This document shows positions 51,280 through 64,000 of a stretch of 64,000 bases of DNA, piece after piece. The position numbers and the translations under genes are program-made. Source of the DNA: Octopus bimaculoides (Eukaryota); the NCBI RefSeq assembly GCF_001194135.2, contig NC_068983.1, positions 136,999,248 through 137,063,247 of the forward strand, written 5' to 3'. A model generated the notes under the pieces. That model saw only the letters and a program-made list of their open reading frames with translations, had not been told where the DNA came from and made no database searches. Numbering within the stretch: the first letter of the stretch is position 1; each line of letters begins with the position of its first letter.

Positions 51280-52155
51280 CTTACATATAAGAGACTAAAA
51301 CATCCAGACAGTTAGATGACACAAAAAAGGGACAAGAAAAAACAAGGACGGGTCATTCGGAGTTTTCTTTCCTCAGTCGAGTTTCAGATTATCTTTGCAA
51401 TTTCGGTTGGTCATACTAGAGATTGCTCCAATCTGGCGTATCATCTAACTGTCTACTTAATTTAATTCATCCTTAGTCGAAAGACACCTGTTGTTAATGT
51501 CCTGTTATTTGCATTTTTTCCCTCCTTGTTTTCGTATACATTTGCTGCTTTCTTCCAAGTAATCTAGTGCTCTTAGCTTAGTTTTTCCTTGGGGTTGGCC
51601 AGATTGGAGCAATCTCGAGTATAACCAGCCAAAATTGCAAAGATAATCTGGAAGTTTCTCTTCATTCTCACCTTCCCTCCTCTTTCACTTTACTCTGTCC
51701 CATTTCTTTTTTTCTCGTCCCTCCTTAATTCTTTTATTTCTCTGCCTCAACCTCTCTCCTTTCTCTCCACGTGACTGGTGTTCAGCCAAGCCTGACCTTT
51801 CTTTCTTGGTTCAACTACCATCCATGCAACATCTATATCCCTCCCCATGCCTGTCATCTCTTATGTCCCTGCTGTAAGGCTTCACTTCCACACACGCCAC
51901 TTAATTTAATTCATTCTTAGTCGAAAGACACCTATTGTTAATGTCCTGTTATTTGCATTTGTATTTGTGTACCATTTCTCCATTTTTTTTTCCTGCCCTT
52001 GTTTTCATATACATTCGCTGCTCTTTACAAGGAATCTAGTGCTTTTAACTTAGTTTTTCCTTGGGGCTGGCTAGATTGGAGCAATCTCAAGTATAACCAG
52101 CCAAAATTGCAAAGATAATCTGGAATTTGACTGCGGAAAGAAAACTCTGAATGAC
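51280..52155. mobile_element. Inverted plus tandem partial repeats, Penelope-like pseudo-LTR arrangement (inferred)
   Basis: ~51455-51653 is repeated at ~51898-52125 and partly inverted at 51380-51437; no RT or GIY-YIG ORF seen. Confidence 0.45.
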
Positions 52156-52164
52156 CTGTCCTTA

Positions 52165-53660
52165 ATTTTTCTTGCCAGAACTAGAGACGAAGTTTAGGAT
52201 GTGGAAGCAAGGTCTAGAATTGAAGGGCCTTAGGGTCAACCTAGCAAAAACCAAAGTCTTAGTAAGTAGGAAGGCTGCCAAACCACAATCTCCTTCAGGT
52301 AGATGGCTCTGCTCGATCTGTAGAAAAGGCATGGGTAGAAACTCCATATGATATACCCAGTGTAAGCTATGGACACATAAAAGGTGCAGCAATATCAAAG
52401 GAAGGTTAAACGGGAAAATAGTTTATGTGTGTGTGGCAGATGCACAGGAGCAATAAACACTGAAGATGTACAGAAAACAGATTCCATCACATGCCAGGGG
52501 GAGAAGCTAGAAGTAGTTAATAGCTTCTGCTACCTAGGTGACCAAGTCTGTAGTTGGGGTGGTTGCTCTGAGAGTGTAGTGGTTAGAATAAGAATAGTCT
52601 GGGCAAAGTTCAGGGAGCTCCTACTTCTGCTGACAATTAAGGGCCTCTTGCTCAGGATGAAAGGTAGACTGTATGATGCATGTGTGCTAACTACCATGCT
52701 ACACAGCAGTGAAACACAGGCCATGACTGCTGAAGACATGCGTAAGCTTGAAAGAAATGAAGCTAGTATGATTTGCTGGATGTGTAATGTCAGTGTGCAT
52801 ACACAACAAAGTGTAAGTGCCCAGAAAGAAAAGTTGGGCACAAGGAGCATCAAATGTGGTGTACAAGAGAGAGACAACTGCACTGGAATGGTCATGTGGT
52901 ACGTGTTGATGAGGACAGCTGTGTAAGGAAGTGCCACTCCCTAACTGTAGAAGGAACCTATGGAAGAGGTAGACCCAGGAAGACATGGGATGAGGTGGTA
53001 AAGCATGACCTTCGAATAATGGGCCTCACAGAAGCAATGACAGGAGACCAAGACCTTTGGAGATATGCTGTAATTGAGAAGACCCAGCAACTCAAGTGAG
53101 ATTGCAGCCATACATGTCTGGCCCAGTTAAGAGTACTCCTGATGCTTTGTGCGATATGATATGCTTGGGAAGACCTGCTGAATCAAGTAAAACCAATATT
53201 GTAGCTGTGGTCAGTGCCCCCTGACTGGCTCCCAAGCCGGTGGCACATAAGAAGCACCATCCGAACATGGTTAATGCCAAGTCTGCCTGACTGGCTCCTG
53301 TGTCGGTGATACATAAAAAGCACTATCTGAATGTGGCCAATGCCAGTATCCACTGACTGGCTTTTGTGCCAGTAGCATGTAAAAAGCACCAGCCAAACAT
53401 GGCCGATGCCAGTACCCACATAAAAAGCACTATTCAAACGTGATCGATATCAGACCCGCCTGACTGGCTTGTGTGCCGATGGCACATAAAAAGCACCCAC
53501 TACACTCTCTGAGTGGTTGGCATTAGGAAGGGCATCCAACTGTAGAAACGTTACCAGATCAGATTGGAGCCTGGTGCAGCCGCTGGCTCTCCAGACCTCA
53601 GTTAAACCGTCCTAACCCATGCCAGCATGGAAAACAGACATCAAACGATGATGATGATAA
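52165..53660 (+). mobile_element. 5'-truncated RTE LINE with 3' UTR minisatellite and (GAT)n tail
   Basis: EVVNSFCYLGDQV, LYDACVLTTMLHSSET, GRGRPRKTWDEVV; then ~66-bp tandem units and the shared tail. Confidence 0.92.
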
Positions 53661-53842
53661 TGATATAGACATTTTATATATATATATATATATAAACACA
53701 GACTTTATATATACATACGTACAGACATTTTATATATATACACATATAGACATAGACATTTTATATACATAAACATATAGACATAAACATTTTATATACA
53801 TAAACATATAGATATAAACATTTTATATACATNNNNNNNNNN

Positions 53843-53884
<42 letters not shown>

Positions 53885-53899
53885 TTTCAGAATGAGATA

Positions 53900-54430
53900 A
53901 AAAACCAAGGCTGTGAAGATTTTAGAAGTTGTATATATGGCTATGGTGTGTCCATATTTAGAGTTTGCATCACCACTCTGGAACCGTTATCAGCAATCAA
54001 TCTCCTGAAAACTATTTAGAAACATGCAACCAGATGAATACCCACTGTCAGGTATCTACCATACTCTGAATGTCTTGCCTGCTTGGGCATAGACACATTA
54101 AGGTGCCGGTGTCTAGCAACTAACTTGGTAAACACTCACAAAATTATCCGCCATCTTTCCAACAACAACCTTGGGCACCTTTTTGACTTCCATGTCTAAC
54201 ACCTATAGATTTTCTTACAAAATCAAAAACAAAACAGCACTCCTAACCTTCAGAAACATTTTACACACTCAGAGTTACTGAAGCATGGAATAAACTACCT
54301 GTATCAGTTGTCAGCTGTCAAGACACTACATCTTTCAAAACTTCCATGCTTCCTGAAATTCACCAACAGTACACCTGATGTCCCCTACACCTTTCTTTCT
54401 TAAATGCCTCATTCACTGTCCATTTCCTGT
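53900..54430 (+). mobile_element. CR1-clade LINE 3' fragment
   Basis: LEFASPLWN ... YLPYSECLACLGIDTL resembles the CR1 C-terminal LEY...WSP / L.YEERL..LGL motifs. Confidence 0.7.
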
Positions 54431-56400
54431 GCATTATTCTAAGTACTGTACATGCACTTTAGGCTACCTTTTCTGATGAGTAATCCATCTGAGCATTATA
54501 TACAATATATTCGTTATTTCTAGGAAGCTGGAACAAAATATTACATCACATTTCATCCAAAGTACTAATGAGAACCAATTATATATAGATGTGTGTATGT
54601 GTGTTACATTATATAGGTGCAGGCATGATTGTGTAGTTAAGAAGTTTGTCAAACATGGCTTTAGGTTTAGTCCTACTGCACAGCACCTTGTGCCAGCAAT
54701 GTCAAACTGAATACTCTTCTGTTTTCAACCCCATCCAGATGTGTAGGTTTATACATTAGTAACACTGATTAGTCAGTCTTGTTAGAGGTGACTCAAGATG
54801 CAGATGAAGCCAATCACATTTGATCATATATGTGACAGCCCCAAATGATAGCATACTTTTGATCATTACAGTTGTAAATGGTGGCGGGACAATTAGTTAT
54901 TAAGACAAACAATTAGTCAGAAAGGTTTCAAGTAAAACAATAAAAAATGAAATATAAAATGACACCTATTAAGTTAAATATCACTGTCACATACATATAA
55001 AAGATAAAAGCATCTAGAAGAAAAAAAGACCAATTTTTGATAAAAGAGAAATGGTTTTATATGTCCAAGTAAAAAGAAAAAAATTTAATTAGGAATAAGC
55101 CACAAAACTAACCAATAATGATATAAATGAAAGAAGTTGGTAGGATCTAATGAGGCACTAAGTCACCAAAGCCATCAACTGATTGGACAGATCTACACAG
55201 AACAGACAATAAGCACTGGATAATTTGGAATAATGTTATCAGGTCATGCAGATAGCATTAGAAGCATTATTGATAAGAAAATAAAAGGCTTAATGAACAC
55301 ATGCATTTGAGTTTTCTAGTTTATTACGTAATCACTTTTGAACCACAAAACAATGAAGGAGCTTCTAGAAGGTCATTTCTGCTCCAAGAAATGATAGTCA
55401 AATCTCCCTCAAATCACTCCCTACTATCTTAAGTAAAAAAAAAAAGGATAGAATACGAAATGCAGTCTAAGGTATCATTAAAAATATGGGATGGTCATGG
55501 CTGGAGCACTGTCGATGATAGGTCTGCTTGATCAGTATTGACAATTTCTGGTTGAGTTAATGGGAATGTTGGCAACTAGCTGCTGAATCAAGATATATTC
55601 TGACACTAATACTGAACTATGTCTGAAACATTTTTGGTTCAATCCACTTAGCTATAAATACAGTCAGGAGTTAGAATTCACAACTGTTTGCAAGGCTGAA
55701 CTATATAATTAATAGCAAATATTGGGAGCAGTTATGAAGCTCACATTTTTCCTGAAGACATTATATAATTGTTTTGTTTGTTTCTTATGTTACTAAGTTT
55801 AAATTGTCCTCTGGTCTTGTTTCAGTGTAGATGTCTAGAAGACAACCCTGTTTGAATACAAGTTTATTTTTATGTAGATACTGTTCAGTAAGTGGTAAAA
55901 TATCCCAATGTAAGTAGTGGTCACACTAAAGAATTTGATAATTTAACAAAATTATCATACATGTTTAAAATTTTCCTAAAGTATCAAACTGCTATGTTAT
56001 TAGTGGATATGTAGATAAATATATAATTATGGCACATATGTTGATTTTTTGAGCTTTTCAATGTGATACTGTGAGAAGTATATGTTAATGAACAGGGATT
56101 ATACTGTGCAGTTCATTCTAACTGAAGTACAAGTTTGGATTGTGATAGCATTTTCATTAGACAATTTATTCATGCACAGCTAAAAGAAGCTAAATGGCAG
56201 CAAGAGAAAGAAAGCAAGAAAAAGAGAGCATGAAAGAACAGATAAATAATAGTATTTCTAAAAAATGAGAGAGAAAGGAAAAAAGAGAGAGAGAGTGGCA
56301 GAAAATAGCAGTGGCAAAATGAACTGCATGATATGAAGGATCTAGAAACAGATTGGCACTGATTCAAAAGGAACAGTGTCATAGAAATCAATTACATTAC

Positions 56401-56440
56401 CTGCCATGGACTAGGGCATTTAGTAGAATTTTCGATGCGT
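56401..56440 (-). CDS. 40-nt microexon, probably of the same minus-strand gene (ASKILLNALVHG-R in the frame that joins the terminal exon)
   Basis: Minus strand reads ...ttttgtatcacttgcag|acgcatcg...catggcag|gtaatg; CpG-containing; the phase-2 end fits the phase-2 start at 49566. Confidence 0.6.
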
Positions 56441-59400
56441 CTGCAAGTGATACAAAACATGAAAATAGAAACACAAATCATTGAAGACATTCGCAACACA
56501 CACACAAATGTCACTTGTGAATGTATAGAATATACATATATACATGTGTATATGTGAGACTATATATTTATCAGTATACACACATGTATACATATGTACA
56601 CACACGTATATATATATATATATATATATATACATACACACCCACATACACATATGTATGAGATACACACACTCATACATATGTATATATGTGATATACA
56701 CATATAAACACACATACAGTGCATGAATTTGGTTTCACATTAGTACAAAAACAGGAGTTCTCAGTACATGCATGCAATAAAAGAGTGTAAAATCAAGCAA
56801 TACATTCCTGTGTGATTGGAAATTGATTTCTACCAAAGTTTTACAGAATTCACCTCACTTAGAATTGACCCATGATCTTTTGTGTGCAGCATGTATATTA
56901 AACAAATTAGATAATAAAATTAGATGATATACACTTATGAAAATAATTCAAGTGTGGAAACTTGTGATGTCTCTGAAGTATAGTGGTTGGAAGTATTTTT
57001 CAGTTCAGCAGACATAGGAGTTAACTGGTATCAGAGAGTTTATCATTACACTATCTGGGGATTATTGTTTTATATATACATATATATACATATATATATA
57101 TCAACAGAAAGAAGCCCATTGTATGTGCTCTTGTCTAGACAGCACACGGTAGTTGTAAATGAGCATAAGTGTCCTGCAAACAACGTTGTGTGTTTCCAGC
57201 ATGCCATGAAAACATGTATAGCCATAGGGAAACATTACCTTACTTGCAAATAGGAAGGGCATCTGGCTGTAGAAAACCTGCCTCAAGAAATTCTGTTTGA
57301 CTTATGCAAACAGGGAAAAGTGAATATTAAATGATGTCTAGTTAATTTTTTTTAGTGCACAAGAGTGACTCTCTCAATTTTTATGAGTTTTTCTTTGTCA
57401 TCAAATTATGCTTGCTACTCCAGTAATCTTAATCCTGGATTTGCCTTAATGTGTGTGTAATTTCTTTTCTAGAGAAGTGTTGCAGTCATTTGAATCATTC
57501 CAGTATATAAGTGGTACCTAGTAAATTGGAGAAAAAAAGTTAGCCTTGCTGGGCTTGAACTCACACATGAAAGGCTACTAATTAAAATGTTAAAAACACC
57601 TGACCAGATGTGCTACCAGTTCCTCTCAATTCCATCATATATGCATTTGTATAACATTTCAGCAATAGACAAATTGTCTTTCTTTTGCAGACAAATAATA
57701 ATAAAGTGTAATTGTTAATTATAATAAATAACATTAATAACAAAACTCTCACAATTTAACAATGTATGTGCAAGGTTAAAAAACATTTTTCAGAAAAGTA
57801 ACAAACATTTTCAGACACCATGCAAACTAGAATTTTGCCACTTATTTGTTTACAGATGGATTTTTAAAAGCTCCACCCTTGTCACATTTTTACTATCACT
57901 TTTCCTAGTAAATAGTCTTCAGGTTTTTTGTTTTGAAAATTTAAGATTATCTAAAATCTCTAAATTTGTTTTCAATTTTAAATAATTAGTCTCATTTTTA
58001 TCATAAATTTATTAGGTTAAGGAGATTTACAGCTGCAATACTGAATATAAATATGCTTTGCATTTGAAGTGTATGAATATATTTTGTTGTCATTTTTAAT
58101 TACATCTTCATCCACAGCTAGCTCTCCAGCTGGTCAGCTCCTGTCAAACTGTCCAATCCATGCCAGCATGGAAAACAGATGTTAAACAATGTTGATGATA
58201 ATCCTATAATAAACTGAAACTAAACAATATTTTAAATTTGATAAAAGTGAAGTAACTAATGCTTTTAATTGCAAATAAAGCATTTATATCCAAAGAAAAG
58301 TACTTCAGCCATAAACATCCTAACCTCTAGCAGTTTCGGATTAAAACAAAAAGAATCTGAAGACTATTTGAAAAAGAATTATATAAAGTTAGAGGTAAGG
58401 GCTAAAAAAAATTACATGCTTAAATGAATAAGTGCTGAAATTTTGCCCAAAATGTGAGAAAATGAAAATAACAGTTTCTAAAATCCAAGTCACTACTGAT
58501 AATATTGGATGGTATTTTTTGAAATGATATACATGTATATCATATACACACTATGTCCCACATAACTAAAGTATGAACAACTGCAATTCTCAGTTACATC
58601 AGTAGCAACACTGCATAAAAGTTTCACTCACATTAAAATATAGTGTATCTACACCAGAAGAAAAATCGCTTGAACAATTTTCTGATACCAAATTGAGCCA
58701 AATTCAAATTTACTATGGTGGATTTAAGGAGAACTTCAAAAATTGTAATCTTTTAAACTCCTTGCAGCATAGCCACACACACACACTGTAGTCAGAAAAT
58801 AGGATGGAATTCAACACTGTTCAGCATTCTATTAGTTCTGCCATTTCACAACTTTACACACAAATAAAAGATGACACATTTGTAGGGGAGGCCTGCACTC
58901 AATCTAACCAAACCAACACAAGACTGGTACTTATTTTATTAGTCCTGGAGTGAAAGAAGGGTGAAATTCAATACCAGGATTTGAACTAAGAATGCAGGAC
59001 ATGAACAGTTATTAAGCCTGACATTAATGTTTCTGCTACCTTTCTGACAGTGATAATAGTTCAACACTTACAATGTGTTCTTATATTCTATGGAAAAGCT
59101 ACAGTTAACAGAATCAATCCAGCACAATAATGGTATATCTATCTTTGTCTATCATGAGCGTTTGGATAAAAATGACAACAACAAAAAAAAACATAAAACA
59201 AAAAATGTGTTAAATGAATCAATGATAGATAAATAGAACATTTGGAGAAAATAGGTTTTATTTCAAGTTGTCCACAGCATTGTAGATGATCAGTGTGGCA
59301 TCCTTTTGTAGCCCATGCAGAGTCTTTGATTGATCGCTGACTCATGTTATCATAAATAAATTCATGATAAGTGTAACATGGTTCAAGTAAGCACACCATG

Positions 59401-60049
59401 TTATCCCTGATGAGAGGTGAATGAATCAATAATAAATGTAGGTGGATGTACTTATATTGTACATTAAAAAGAATGAAATATTAAAAAGAATGAAAATCAA
59501 AACAAGCTGTTCTGATGATAATTATTTCTAATTTAGGTACAAAGCCAGCAATTTTGAGGGGGAGGGTTTAGTTGATTGCATTGATCCTAGTAGTCAACTG
59601 ATATATTAATTATTGACCCTAAAAAGATAAAAGAAGAGTTAATCTTGGCAAAATTCAAATTCAGAATGTAGAGTTAACAGAAAGGTATTTTGTCCAACTA
59701 TTTAAGGAATCTGCCAATCCATTGTCCTCAAATAGTTATTTGTAACATAAGTACAAGACCAGAAATTGGAGGAAAGAGTAAAAGTTGATTAAATATTGTC
59801 CTAGATGAGATTTGAATTCAAAAGATAAAGAGCTGAAATAAATACAGCAAGATGTTTTGTTTGTCACTAATTATTCAGTCAATCCATCAATAATAATAAT
59901 TTCTTTAATTTGCCACAAGGACAATGAATTAAAGTTGAATAAAAACAAATTGCAAAAGATCAATTAGGAAAATAAAACAAATATGGAAAACAAAAATATA
60001 TAAGAAGCATGAAAGGAGATATCCCAACAGGGAGATAGCCACCTAAGGA

Positions 60050-62600
60050 TAATCAAAAGATCCCACACATTCAGGATCACCATCACTACCAAGAGCAAAT
60101 GCCCTTTCCCAGCCATCTCCTCCAGCATATAGGTACATACACAGAATAAGCCCATTCATAGTCTACTGCTGATACTTTCATCCAACTCTCAGCAAATTAA
60201 CTTGAGGACAGCACCTCTCCACTCTCATCTTTCTCTCCAAGTGGGATTTAAAGATGATGAGGGCTGAAAGTCCTCATGAATAGGCTGTTCAGTTTATTTT
60301 CATACAGGTCTATAGTCTCAGCAACTACATCATTTCTCTTCCTTACCACTAATCCTCTACAAAATGCAAACAATGGACCATAGGCCACATTATTTGACAG
60401 TAGCAAACCAAGCACCTGGCAACATTTTAGATGCTAGATATTTAATCTAGTCTTCATTTAACCCAAGAATGTAGCTGTGTGAAATAGACAAGCTGCAGGG
60501 TGACTACACCTTATCACACTAAAGGATCTCTAGAGATGCCACATCTCATCTTATGCCTGTATATATAATTGGCCCAGTATACAAAGACCTCTGTGCAGAG
60601 TGTTGGCAGCAGAAATCTCTTCTATATGAATCAAGAGAAGATACTCCAGTTCATTCAGATGAAATCAAGACAAAAATATAACTGTCAGGTAGTAATAAAT
60701 AATGAGGGAGGTGTTCAGGATTGCAAAGCAGTGTATCAGAAAAAATAGAGATGTGGTAGGTGAGAAATGTGTGCAAATGGATAATGGTATGCTTGCACTT
60801 AGTGATTCAGAGAAGAAGATGCATGGAAGTGTCATTATGAAAGGTTATTAAATGTGGAAAATGAATGGGAGAAGGAGTCTAACAAATATTGAACCAATTG
60901 AGGGACCAGCCATCAGAGTTGATAGCAGCATAATAGATAAAACAATTAAGGACATGAAGACAGAGAAAACCCCTGGTCCATCAGGAATCACTGTCGAGAT
61001 TATTAAAATTTCTGGTGGTGTAGGATACAGTTTAGCCACCTGTATAGTTAATCAGGTTATTCAGGAAGACACCATCCCCAATGACTGGTGTGGTAGTATT
61101 ATAGTTAGCTGTTACAAGGATAAAGGTGATACCTTAGATAGAAACAACTACAGAGGTATTAAATTGCTAGACCAAGTCATGAAAGCTACTGAGAAGGTTA
61201 TAGCTCAATTGATTAGAAATAGAATTAAACTAGACAAGATGCAGTTTGGTTTTGTACCTGGGAAGAGTACTACAGATGCCATCTTCTTAGTGAGACAGCT
61301 GCAGGAAAAGTACTTGGCCAAAAGAAAGCCATTGTACTTAGCCTTCATTGACCTGGAGAAAGCTTCCAACAGAGTTCCCTGCTCTGTTATCTGGTGGTCT
61401 CTAAGGAAGTTAGGAGTAGAGGAGTGGCTTGTTAGAGCTGTATAAGCCATGTACAGTGGTGCTGTCAGTAAGTTGGCCATGAATACAGTGATGAATTTAG
61501 CAATAAGGTAGGAGTTCACTAGGCTCAGTTCTCAGCCAACTATTATTCATTACAGTCCTTCAGGCCATAACAGAGGAATTCAAAACTGGGTGCCTGTAGG
61601 AACTGCTATATGCTGATGACCTTGCTCCTATAGCAGAATCTTTAGCAGAATTGAAGAAGAAATTTCAGGTATAGAAACAAAACTTGGAATCAAAGGGCCT
61701 TAAAGTTAACCTAGCTAAGACAAAAGTTGTTGTTAGTAAGAAAGAAGATAAAACTCTTTTTCCAGCAGGTAAATGGCCCTGCTCAATATGTAGGAAAGGA
61801 ATTGAAAGAAATTCCATTTGCTGTACCCAGTGTAAACAATGAACACATAAGAGGTGCAGTGGAATCACAGATAGATTAACAGATAAAGTCATCTTTGTAT
61901 GTGGCAGATGTGCAGGAACAATAAACACTAAGAGCACATGGGACTTAGATTCTCTCAAATGCCCAAGAGGCTCTGTTGAGGTTGTAGATAGCTTCTGTTA
62001 CCTAGGTGACCAAATTAGCAATGGTGGAGGATGCTCTGAAAGTATTGTTTCTAGAATAAGAATTGGGTGGAGGAAGTTCAGAGAGCTATTACCTATGTTG
62101 GTAACAAAAGGACTCACTCTCAGAGTGAAGGGTAGACTGAAGGGTAGACTATATGATGCTTGTGTGTGAATGGCTATACTCCATGGTAGTGAGACATGGG
62201 CTCTGAATGCAGAAGACATGCATAGACAGGAGAGAAATGAAGGTAGTATGCTCTGGTGGATGTGCAATATCAGTGCACATGTATGGCAAAATGCAAATGT
62301 ATTGAGAGAAAAGCTGGGCATAAAAGGAATCAAATGTAGCATGCAAGAGAGAAGACTACATTGGTTTGGACATGTGATGTGTATGAATGAGGACAGCTGC
62401 ATAAAGAAGTGCCGATCACTGAAAGTAGATGGTACCTGCAGAAGAGGGAGACCCAGGAAGATATGGAATGAAGTGGTAAGGACCAATCTCAGGATGTTGG
62501 GCCTCACGAAGGAAATGACAATGGAACTAGATGTCTGGTGATATGAAGTTCTAGAGAAGACCTGCCCACGTCAGCAAAACTGAGTTCTAGAAGCAGTGTG
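60050..62600 (+). mobile_element. Near full-length decayed RTE LINE ORF (endonuclease + RT)
   Basis: NYRGIKLLDQVMK, QFGFVPGKSTTDAIF, FIDLEKASNRVP, ELLYADDL, GRPRKIW; multiple stops and frameshifts. Confidence 0.93.
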
Positions 62601-63379
62601 TACCTCACCTACACTTAACAAGAAAACTTCTTACACACTCTACAAACCAAACTATGTCTCTACATCTCTTCTCTTCCTCACATTTCTGCTTCATACACTC
62701 TGCTTACCTCCCACTCCCTAATCCTGACTATATACATCCAGGTTTTCGCCACTCCCTTCCCCCCACTCAGCACTCTTTAAACACACTCCCTTCACAATAT
62801 CCTGCCACTTATATTACAGCATTTGAACCTCAGGTGTCTGCTTTGACACTTGCCACCATCTAGATCTCTCTCTTCCTTTACTCAACCATTCCATTTATAT
62901 TCTGATCCCCGTCCCTTGTCAGTATGCCTGGCATTTTGCCACCATCTCTATTCTGCTGACTCCCACTCTCTCTCTCTCTCTCTCCTGCACTTCCCTCAGG
63001 TTGGGTAACCATGTATTTCCTTTGTGATAGTGCACTTGTTTCTGTCTTCATTCCTGATCTCTCTCTTTCTGGCTGGGCACCTTATACTTCCTCTATAGGA
63101 AGACACCTGTTTCTGTCTCTCTATAACCTTTCATCATCTGACACAAGATCTCCTTCTCCCATGCCCCCTCCCCTCTTGAAAGTTTTTTTTTTTTGTATTA
63201 TAAGTACTTGGTGACTCTTTCAGTGCAAGTGCCACTTAAAAGCACCCAGTCCACACTGTAAAGTGGTTGGTGTTTGGAAGGGCATCCAGCTGTAAAAATC
63301 TTGCCAAAACTAGTTATGAACTATTTTTATGAACCAAGATCATATATTTATCTATTTATAGATCTCTCCCTCATACATA

Positions 63380-64000
63380 CAGGGTATCCCAAAAGTCACT
63401 GATGAGTTTCAATTTTTAATAACTTCCTTAACTTTACAAATAAATGCATGAAATTTTGATGCAATATAAAGGACATAATGGAAATTGATATGCACAAGTC
63501 AAATTTTGCAACACCACTACATCACATGAAAAATGACATAGCTTAAATGGCAGCCATTTTCGGCTTTGCACACCCATGCTCTTTCCAGAACTTGCACCAT
63601 AACACCTTCAAGAGTTTCTGATCCCATTTCTCTGATTTCTCTATTGATGTTCTCCTTCAGTTTCACCAAGGCTTCCGATTTGTTGAAGTAAATCCTCTCT
63701 TTCAGGTATCTCCACAAGAAAAAAATCCTGGCTAGTCAAGTCTGGGGAACATGAAGGCCAGTTGACATTGTTGTAGCAGGAGATTATTCTCTCTCCAAAG
63801 CACTGCTGTGGCAACTGCATTGTTTCTCTTGTGGTATGAGCAGTTGCCCCATCTTGCTGGAACCATATGTGAGGTCTACTTTGAATGACCTTCACGTTCC
63901 CCAGACTTGACTAGCCTGGATTTTTTCTTGTGGGGGTACCTGAAGGTAAGGGTTTACATCAACAAACAAGAGACCCTTGTGCAACTGAAGAACAACAATA
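63380..64000. mobile_element. Tc1/mariner-superfamily DD41D-type element in foldback form, runs off the window
   Basis: TA then CAGGGT end; minus strand WFQQDGATAHT...WPSCSPDLTSQDFFL with 41 residues between the last two Asp; an inverted copy PDLTSLDFFLWGYLK starts ~63889. Confidence 0.85.

Noticed and set aside
59139-59429. 96-aa minus-strand ORF as an exon of the second gene
   Set aside because: A possible acceptor but no donor, no recognisable homology, and low-complexity 3' part.

Overview
AT-rich, repeat-dense animal genomic DNA with nine assembly gaps. The repeat landscape suggests an octopus or other coleoid cephalopod; this is an inference. The window holds most of a + strand SUPT20H (Spt20, SAGA subunit) orthologue: 20 GT-AG coding exons from 3507 to the stop at 40595. 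The first ~30 codons lie outside the window and one exon is probably hidden in a gap. A second, unidentified gene converges from the - strand, with a terminal coding exon at 49335-49566 and a 40-nt microexon at 56401-56440. The rest is mostly decayed transposons: Tx1-, RTE- and CR1-like LINEs, tRNA-headed SINEs, a piggyBac with related MITEs, a mariner, a DD41D element, Helitron-like ends and a Penelope-like repeat. The standout observation is an intronic sense-strand motif at 30313-30434. It has every conserved hammerhead-ribozyme core nucleotide and two perfect 6-bp helices, but the strands are in a non-circularly permuted (pseudoknotted) order. Several long inverted repeats could give dsRNA in pre-mRNA. 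No alignments, folding or database searches were run; homology calls are from recalled motifs.
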